A DNA stretch of 64,000 bases from Acidimicrobiia bacterium. GTDB lineage: Bacteria; Actinomycetota; Acidimicrobiia; Spongiisociales; ZC4RG35. Under the pieces are notes generated by a model. The model saw only the letters and a list, made by a program, of their open reading frames with translations, was not told the origin of the DNA and searched no databases. Made by a program: the position numbers and the translations under genes. Below, piece by piece: positions 57,187-64,000 of this stretch; position 1 is the first letter of the stretch; every line of letters begins with the position of its first letter. The DNA is taken from positions 10,955 through 74,954 of the forward strand of contig JBGTFH010000050.1 in the NCBI GenBank assembly GCA_041747375.1, written 5' to 3'.

Positions 57187-57212
57187 ATATGCTCTGCACA
57201 GGCTAACAAGCC

Positions 57213-58565
57213 GTGGACACAGTACCAGCAGAGGTTTATGGTGACCGCTCGGTGAGCTACACACGCAGTCTGACTTCATTGGGGTCGAGGTATACCGCTC
57301 TTTGGGTTGGCCAGACTGTCAGCCAATTCGGTACCTATGTCGCGTTTCTGACCCTCCCCTTCCTGGTCGTGTATATCCAGAACCAGACTGGCTCCACCTC
57401 GATACTCGACGTCGCCTTCACCTACGCACTGGAAAATATTCCGATCCTGCTCGTCGGACTCCTCGGCGGCGTGCTCCTCGACCGTTGGCCACTCCGGCCG
57501 GTAATGATCGCTGCTGATCTGGCGCGGGCGAGCGCATTCTTCTATCTGGCAGCGAACCTCGATGGGTATGGAGTGACAACCGTCTTCGCGGTCGCGTTTC
57601 TCGTCGGGTCGATGACGACGATGTTCGACGGGGCCATGTACGCGATGATTCCGTCGATTGTTCCAGACCACGAGTTGGCCAGGGCAAATGCCTACATCTC
57701 GGCCAGCCAGCAAGCCAACTTCGCGTTGGGGCCTCTAGCCGCAGGGATCATGGCGGTCACCACCGGTAGCCCGGCGCTGGGCCTGATCATCAACGGACTG
57801 ACGTTTGTGGTTTCGGCGATCTCGCTGAATTGGGTGGGACGCGTCGGCCATCATCACACCTCACGAGACGATCGTCAGGGTTTTCTCACCGAAGCAGCAA
57901 ACGGAATTCGTTACATCATGACCGAATCGAGACTGCGGGTCGTCACGTTCGCGTCGGCAATCCCCAACTTTGTAGTCGGCTTCGTCGAGGCCACCTTTGT
58001 CATCCTCGCCGCAGTCGTCTTCGAGACAGAGAACGACGCCCAAATCGGGATTCTGTTCGCCGCCCTAGGCGTTGGTGGGGTGATCGGGGCACTCGTCGCG
58101 CCCCGCTTGGTAGCCCGGATCGGCCTTGGGAAAACCCTAACCATCGGGATGTCGATCACCGGCGTCTGCCTCTTGGCCGTGATGTTCACCACATTCGGTG
58201 TCGCCACCCTCGGACTCCAGGTCGGTTGGATGTTCGGCGTCTCCCTGGTCAATGTGCCTCTGGCCACCATCCGACAGCATTACTCCTCCGAAGCGATGTT
58301 GGGACGCGTCGTCACGGCATCCCGGGCCATCGGGTGGGCGACGCTACCGCTCGGCGCCATGATCGGCGGCTGGTTGGGCGATAGTGAAACTACCTATCCG
58401 GTGGTGGCCCGAACGTTCCCGCTGCTTCTCCTCGGGACCGCAATCTGGCTGTACACCACAGTGATCTGGAAGGACACGTTCGGCCCGGCAGAACGCAACG
58501 AGTTGGATTTCAACCACACCCTGGCACCGAATTCAGGAACCACGCAGCCACCCAAGGCGAGGTAA
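57213..58565 (+). CDS. MFS transporter (MFS_3 / EntS-like)
   Basis: It has about 12 TM segments and begins TALWVGQTVSQFGTYVAFLTLPFLV. The true start may be GTG 57252 or TTG 57279. Confidence 0.8.
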   Translation: MDTVPAEVYGDRSVSYTRSLTSLGSRYTALWVGQTVSQFGTYVAFLTLPFLVVYIQNQTGSTSILDVAFTYALENIPILLVGLLGGVLLDRWPLRPVMIAADLARASAFFYLAANLDGYGVTTVFAVAFLVGSMTTMFDGAMYAMIPSIVPDHELARANAYISASQQANFALGPLAAGIMAVTTGSPALGLIINGLTFVVSAISLNWVGRVGHHHTSRDDRQGFLTEAANGIRYIMTESRLRVVTFASAIPNFVVGFVEATFVILAAVVFETENDAQIGILFAALGVGGVIGALVAPRLVARIGLGKTLTIGMSITGVCLLAVMFTTFGVATLGLQVGWMFGVSLVNVPLATIRQHYSSEAMLGRVVTASRAIGWATLPLGAMIGGWLGDSETTYPVVARTFPLLLLGTAIWLYTTVIWKDTFGPAERNELDFNHTLAPNSGTTQPPKAR

Positions 58566-58580
58566 CTGCATCGAACGCAT

Positions 58581-58606
58581 CTATGGCCCGGTGAACCGGG
58601 CCATAG
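58581..58606. terminator. bidirectional hairpin between convergent genes
   Basis: CTATGGCCCGG-tgaa-CCGGGCCATAG is a perfect 11-bp stem. It sits between the MFS stop at 58565 and the minus-strand gene stop at 58627. Confidence 0.6.
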
Positions 58607-58626
58607 ATCTTCTCAGTCGGCAGGTT

Positions 58627-59130
58627 TCACGGACACGGGGCGACATCAGGATTGAAGTCGGCAAACATTCCGTCAGGGTTTGTCTTCCAGACCCACACGT
58701 GGAGTATGTAAACCGGCAAGAACGCATGAGGATGGAACATTTGCCCGTACAGCATGGGTGGATTCGCCGGGTCCACCTCCGTCTCGGGAATGATGTACTC
58801 CACCGCCACCAGCCTCGTCGACCCATTTCGCCTGACCTCGTACACCATGGCCTCGGGGTCATTGGCATCGACGATCCCGTCGATATTTCTCACATAGTGG
58901 AGCCCCATTCCCCCGGCAGCGCTATCGAAACAGGTCGGTGTGTTTGGATCGTCAGGGTCGAGCGAAAACGCTACGAACCCGTCGGCGATAGCAGCATCGA
59001 TCGTCCGATATTCGACGGTGGCTTCCTTCAACTCGCCAAATTGGCTGATGGGCAATTCGCGAGCTGTAGCCACTGTTGCCCCGGTGAGCACCAGTAAGGC
59101 GGTTGCCGCGGCGACAAATCTTTTTCTCAT
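58627..59130 (-). CDS. hypothetical secreted protein (167 aa, signal peptide, His-rich C-half, two Cys)
   Basis: MRKRFVAAATALLVLTGATVATA is a signal peptide. There is no recognisable domain. The gene starts 9 nt after the upstream DUF4242 gene. Confidence 0.6.
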   Translation of the reverse strand: MRKRFVAAATALLVLTGATVATARELPISQFGELKEATVEYRTIDAAIADGFVAFSLDPDDPNTPTCFDSAAGGMGLHYVRNIDGIVDANDPEAMVYEVRRNGSTRLVAVEYIIPETEVDPANPPMLYGQMFHPHAFLPVYILHVWVWKTNPDGMFADFNPDVAPCP

Positions 59131-59138
59131 GTTTCCTC

Positions 59139-59390
59139 CTAGCTATATTCCCCGACGGGATAGATCTCATCGGCAACCAGGCCATGAGCTTCCCGATGCA
59201 CGGAGATGGCGGATTCGGCGCTATCGGCTTCAACAAGACAGAAGATCTTCCCCGCTGCTTCGTCGACCCAGTACTTCTTGTAATCCACCCCGTAGGCATC
59301 CTGGGTTTCCAGGTCCTTCTGGTGGGCACCGGCGACATCTGCCGCCGCGACCCCACCTTCGAGCGTATGTACATCCATGAACAGTGGCAT
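59139..59390 (-). CDS. DUF4242 protein (SCO4226-like small ferredoxin-fold protein)
   Basis: 83 aa, with MPLFMDVHTLEG...GKIFCLVEADSAESAISVHREAHGLVADEIYPV. Confidence 0.75.
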   Translation of the reverse strand: MPLFMDVHTLEGGVAAADVAGAHQKDLETQDAYGVDYKKYWVDEAAGKIFCLVEADSAESAISVHREAHGLVADEIYPVGEYS

Positions 59391-59491
59391 TCGACCCTCC
59401 TCGGCCTTTTCCTCGCCCTCTGCGGGGCCTTACGAGGAATGTACGAAACCGACGTCTGAAACGCATCGGGGTAATTACCTATATTCGAGCG

Positions 59492-59773
59492 CTATCCGGA
59501 AACGTGATAGGCATAGGGATCGAGCACCGAAATCTCGGTGATTCGATCAACCGGAAGCTGATTGCTGGATGCGGTGAGCCGGATCGCCTCCGGGCTTGGT
59601 GCGTCGTAGATACAAAATGACTTTCCCCGCTCGATCGACACATAGGAATGGACCCAGATCACCCTACGATCGGAATTGCAGGCGACGATCGAAAGCAAGA
59701 GCTTGCGTCCTTCGGGGCCGGATGCGACCACGAGGCCATCAGGGAACGAACGTTCGACTAGATAGCGTGGCAC
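59492..59773 (-). CDS. DUF4242 protein, second divergent paralogue
   Basis: 93 aa, with MPRYLVERSFPDGL...VIWVHSYVSIERGKSFCIYDAPSPEAI. Confidence 0.75.
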   Translation of the reverse strand: MPRYLVERSFPDGLVVASGPEGRKLLLSIVACNSDRRVIWVHSYVSIERGKSFCIYDAPSPEAIRLTASSNQLPVDRITEISVLDPYAYHVSG

Positions 59774-59835
59774 TTGCTCAGGCCCATGCAGTTGAGGCTA
59801 TTGCTCGTGACTTTTCTTTGAATCGGGCAAATTGC

Positions 59836-62457
59836 CTAATTTTGACTGGCGGCCAGATCCAACCACCCTGACGAGACGGCGACTGCAACCGCCTCGGTTC
59901 GATTCGAAGCATTCAATTTGGACAGAATCGACGATACATGGTGACTCGCGGTTTTTTCACTGATGTAGAGCTCTTCTGCGATCGATGCATTGGAAAGCCC
60001 GGAGGAGATGAGCGAGAGAACTTCCAGCTCGCGGTTGGTCAACTTCCCGCCGTTCCGACGGGTGCTTGGCCTGCTCCCCCTCGGGACATTTTGAACACCT
60101 CGGCGCTGTAACTCTCGACGCAACCCGGCGACGACACCTGCTGCTCCCGCGGAACTCAACTCATTCAGGATCTGGTGCAAGTCAGAGCCGGGCACTAGGG
60201 CCCTGGTTATGGCTGATTCGATGAAATACCCTGCTTCCTCCCATGCATTCGCACTACCAAGAGGGTCGCCCAGCCATTCGAATCGGGACGGGCCGGTAAA
60301 TTCGCCCGGGGGTGGTTCGAGCTCGAGGCGCTGTGCCCAGAAAGCGAGCAAATTGTGGTTCACGACATCGTGGATAACTCGCCCGCCCACCACTCGGTGG
60401 TAGTAATCGCCGACCGCTTCGACGGGGATCAGGCCGACCCACCCCGCCTCCATCACAAGGCCACAGGTTGTCTCCAGAACTTCGCGGTCAGTCGAGTCCG
60501 CAACCCGATCGATGATCGTGTCGATGAGCTCGGCACCTCCTGGATCCCCCCGCCTGATCCTCAACGTGGCCAAAGCAATGGCAATCTCTATTTCTGTTTC
60601 GATACAGGTTTTCTGCCCGGCCACCACCTCCAGATCGCGGTCGGCCCAATCCCAGCGCCCCGAGCCGACATTGGTGGTAGCCCTTGATGCAACGGATGCG
60701 ACGTACCAGGCGTCGAGCTCCTTGCTGGAGGCATATTCGGCGGCGCGCCCGAAGGTATCGGCCGCAGCATTCAGGTCGAATTCAGTCCACCTGAGAGCAC
60801 CCGATGCGTACATAGCTGTAGCTCCAAACTCGCCGAGACCCTCGGAAACCGCAAGATCGACGACTGCATCCAATTTTTCCGGGCCTGTGGGGTCGCCTAT
60901 CGCGCTCAGCAAGCGTGCCGCTGTCAGGGCGGCTCTGACTTCAAAGTCTTGCGCGCCAACGTCTCGGGCTACCGCCACTGCACGCTCGGACAGTTCGAGC
61001 GCCTCGGCAATATTCCCTTCCACTCCTTCGACCCACGCCCAGCTGGATAGGGCAACGGCGAGCTCCTTACAGGGCGACATGTCCTCGAGAACTTCTGTCG
61101 CCTTGACCGCTTCGGTTCTCACTCCCGAAAGGTTGTTCTTTCTGCAATGGAAATAGGCAAGCCACGCCCTCGCCTTCGCTTCATCTTCGACAGACCGGGC
61201 CAGCTCAATGCGCTCGGCAGCAAAAACACACGCCCGATCGTCGTTATTGATAGTCATGTCTTCTGTCGCCGCGGCAAGTAACAGCCTCGATCGACGTTCC
61301 GGATCACTGCCGTCGTCTGCAGTGAGAGCATTTACATAATGGAGCGAGGCTTGACGATGAGCTCCAACCATTGCCGCGTTGTCGCCTGCTTGCGACGAAT
61401 AGACAAAGGCCTTCTTGGAGTTCCCTGAACCAACGCTGTGATACGCGAGTCGGGAAATCTCGTTGAGGTCGGATGATGAATCTTCCAGGGCCTCCAATAG
61501 CCTCTCATGCCGACGTTGCTTCCGAATCGGCGACATCGCCTGGATAAGGCTGTCGCGGATCAATTCATGTCGACATGTCACGACACCCCCTTCACAGGTC
61601 AGGATGCGCTTATGAATCGGGAGTTCGAGTAGCTGTTCGGCATCGGGGACAAGGGTCGACAGGAGGTCAAGGCTGAGTCCATCCCGAGACAAAGCCACCA
61701 GACCCACGACTTCTGTCGACCCAGCTGATAGTTCGTCGGCATTGGCCAGCACCGCATTCTGAATCGTTGGAGGCACATCGGCACCGGGATAACGAAGCAC
61801 CTCCTCCACGAAGAAAGGATTTCCGAGTGTGGCCAAATGTATCTCGACCGGATCCACATCCTGGCCGGCCGCCATCTCTTTGATCCCGGTCGGTGTCAGT
61901 GCCGGTAGGTCAATCCTCACCGCGCCTGGCCCCAGGTCAGCCACTACGAGTCGCAGGGGCGGCGAAAGATCGAGATGTTCTGAACGATAAGAAAGCACAA
62001 GACAACTGCTCGTTGCCTCGATCCGACGACCAATGTACCGCATCAGGCCGAGTGTTGCTTCGTCGGCCCAGTGGATATCTTCGAAAACCAAAACCACGTG
62101 CTCGTTCTTGAGAAAGTCGAGAAGTCCGGCCCCGACTGGGGCGACGCCACCGCCACGGCGAATATCTGAGGCGAGTTCAATGGGGATGTCGTTGATGATG
62201 TCGTAGAGCGGTGCGAATGCAGTCGGAATGCCCACCGGTTCGCATGTGGCGACGAGCAAAGTGTGCTTGTGATCGAGGCTACCCAATGCCGCTTTGATCA
62301 GAGAGGTCTTGCCGTGCCCGGCCTCACCGGACACCAAGACGACTTTTCCCGAGTCCAATGTCGAGCCGCTGACGTCGGTCAGCGCGCCAAATTGGGCATC
62401 CCTCTCCACCAGATTCACTACAGCTCTCACCTGGGCGCAGAATCTACCAGCGACCAC
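59836..62457 (-). CDS. large ATP-binding LuxR-family regulator (LAL/MalT-like)
   Basis: 873 aa. It has an N-terminal P-loop (VSGEAGHGKTSL), a long helical repeat region and a C-terminal LuxR HTH (LTNRELEVLSLISSGLSNASIAEELYISEKTASHHV). Confidence 0.88.
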   Translation of the reverse strand: MVAGRFCAQVRAVVNLVERDAQFGALTDVSGSTLDSGKVVLVSGEAGHGKTSLIKAALGSLDHKHTLLVATCEPVGIPTAFAPLYDIINDIPIELASDIRRGGGVAPVGAGLLDFLKNEHVVLVFEDIHWADEATLGLMRYIGRRIEATSSCLVLSYRSEHLDLSPPLRLVVADLGPGAVRIDLPALTPTGIKEMAAGQDVDPVEIHLATLGNPFFVEEVLRYPGADVPPTIQNAVLANADELSAGSTEVVGLVALSRDGLSLDLLSTLVPDAEQLLELPIHKRILTCEGGVVTCRHELIRDSLIQAMSPIRKQRRHERLLEALEDSSSDLNEISRLAYHSVGSGNSKKAFVYSSQAGDNAAMVGAHRQASLHYVNALTADDGSDPERRSRLLLAAATEDMTINNDDRACVFAAERIELARSVEDEAKARAWLAYFHCRKNNLSGVRTEAVKATEVLEDMSPCKELAVALSSWAWVEGVEGNIAEALELSERAVAVARDVGAQDFEVRAALTAARLLSAIGDPTGPEKLDAVVDLAVSEGLGEFGATAMYASGALRWTEFDLNAAADTFGRAAEYASSKELDAWYVASVASRATTNVGSGRWDWADRDLEVVAGQKTCIETEIEIAIALATLRIRRGDPGGAELIDTIIDRVADSTDREVLETTCGLVMEAGWVGLIPVEAVGDYYHRVVGGRVIHDVVNHNLLAFWAQRLELEPPPGEFTGPSRFEWLGDPLGSANAWEEAGYFIESAITRALVPGSDLHQILNELSSAGAAGVVAGLRRELQRRGVQNVPRGSRPSTRRNGGKLTNRELEVLSLISSGLSNASIAEELYISEKTASHHVSSILSKLNASNRTEAVAVAVSSGWLDLAASQN

Positions 62458-62535
62458 CGACTCCTGTATGAGAATCGGGACGTACTGGCTACAACTCTCA
62501 ACTGGGCTTGATTGTGGTGTTTACCGCCCCCCTCC

Positions 62536-62558
62536 GGCCGTTCCTGTCCGGAACGGCC
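62536..62558. other. perfect 9-bp hairpin in the leader/promoter region of the LuxR-LAL gene, flanked by G-runs on the sense strand
   Basis: The hairpin is GGCCGTTCC-tgtcc-GGAACGGCC. The flanking cccccctccgg (62527-62537) is identical to an 11-mer of the pafA-pafB repeat. Confidence 0.6.
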
Positions 62559-62612
62559 AACCTCCCCGTCGTTCCTCCGAGGAGGAGTAACCAGGCTCGA
62601 TGTGGCCCCACC

Positions 62613-62653
62613 AAACAAAAGTAACTGAAACGGCTCGGCCGAAGGCTGAGCCG
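62613..62653 (-). terminator. intrinsic terminator downstream of tRNA-Leu
   Basis: On the minus sense CGGCUCAGCC-UUC-GGCCGAGCCG is followed by UUUCAGUUACUUUUGUUU. It begins 4 nt after the tRNA 3' end. Confidence 0.7.
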
Positions 62654-62656
62654 CAG

Positions 62657-62742
62657 TGTCGGAGAGAGGACTCGAACCTCCACCAGGAAAACTCCCGACC
62701 AGGTCCTTAGCCTGGCGCGTCTACCAATTCCGCCACTCCGAC
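62657..62742 (-). tRNA. tRNA-Leu, class II, anticodon reads AAG
   Basis: 86 nt. The acceptor is GTCGGAG/CTCCGAC plus discriminator A. The anticodon arm is CCAGG-CTAAGGA-CCTGG, with the anticodon complementary to plus-strand 62706-62708. There is a long variable arm CGGGA-GTTT-TCCTG and a T-arm GGAGG-TTCGAGT-CCTCT. Confidence 0.85.
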
Positions 62743-62772
62743 ATCGAGGGCGTGTGAGATTTTATCGCCCTG

Positions 62773-63012
62773 TTAGCTCAAGGCGAAGGTAAGGGCGAAA
62801 GTACTCATCCCGAAGAGGACACCAACGATCCAGGTCAACCGGTCGAGATTCCGCTCGACAACGGTCGAACCACCGAGATTCGACGTGCTCATCCCGCCAC
62901 CGAACACATCAGTGAGCCCGCCACCCTTACCGGAGTGGAGCAGCACGAGTGCGATTAGGCCCAGTGAGAGCAGGATGTGGATGACGATAAAAATTGCTTG
63001 TGCAACAGCCAT
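62773..63012 (-). CDS. secG: preprotein translocase subunit SecG
   Basis: 79 aa, with LLHSGKGGGLTDVFGGG typical of SecG. Confidence 0.88.
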   Translation of the reverse strand: MAVAQAIFIVIHILLSLGLIALVLLHSGKGGGLTDVFGGGMSTSNLGGSTVVERNLDRLTWIVGVLFGMSTFALTFALS

Positions 63013-63102
63013 AGTTTCTTCGTACCTAGAGAAGCCGTCCCGGAAGCGGACGGCTTTCGAAATTGTAACACCCCGTTGCCTGTTGACTAAACCCCGACCT
63101 AC

Positions 63103-64000
<898 letters not shown>

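Noticed and set aside
63030-63055. Hairpin AGCCGTCC-cggaagc-GGACGGCT between gpmA and secG as a terminator
   Set aside because: On the sense (minus) strand it is not followed by a U-tract. The T-rich run lies on the plus strand, where nothing needs terminating. The evidence is too weak to call.

Overview
This is a high-GC, actinobacterial-type chromosomal core segment with about 75 protein genes, most of them on the minus strand and densely packed. Many gene junctions are 4-nt start/stop overlaps (ATGA, GTGA or TTGA). All calls come from motif recognition by eye on the supplied ORF track and sequence; no searches were run.

Recognisable blocks:
- **1-4.4 kb, plus strand:** a pyrimidine/beta-alanine catabolic cluster of class-III aminotransferase, dihydropyrimidinase, mmsA and a luciferase-like oxidoreductase.
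- **5-15 kb:** cell-wall amidase, phosphohexomutase, galE, an orphan PAS histidine kinase, a two-subunit aconitase-X pair, rnhB, tdh and others.
- **15-21 kb:** one co-directional array running gcvH, FHA, MerR, D,D-carboxypeptidase, hpt, DUF151 nuclease, MerR, a small nuclease-fold ORF and gcvT.
- **23-38 kb:** tRNA-Pro(GGG), then der, ispH, cmk, aroA, rluB, scpB, scpA, xerD, ald, pyrG, recN and nadK.
- **42-56 kb:** the complete Pup-proteasome neighbourhood (arc/mpa, dop, pup, prcB, prcA, pafA, pafB, pafC, tatA, tatC, helY).
- **56-62 kb:** small membrane proteins, an MFS transporter, and a LuxR/LAL regulator with two DUF4242 genes and a secreted protein.
- **62.6-64 kb:** tRNA-Leu, secG, gpmA and the tpiA 3' end.

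No CRISPR array, IS element, prophage or obvious defence island was seen.

Items most worth a second look:
1. A 362-nt pafA-pafB spacer with nine G4-G6 runs in a degenerate tandem repeat plus three strong hairpins.
2. A candidate 6C-like sRNA with C-rich loops, a U-tail and its own AT-rich promoter-like box, between aroA and cmk.
3. A tRNA-Leu whose anticodon reads AAG (A34).
4. A luciferase-like oxidoreductase abutting the pyrimidine-catabolism genes.
5. Several small ORFs below the track's cutoff that are translationally coupled to der, trmI and the HAD/nadK junction.
6. An AT-richer nuclease-fold ORF coupled to gcvT.
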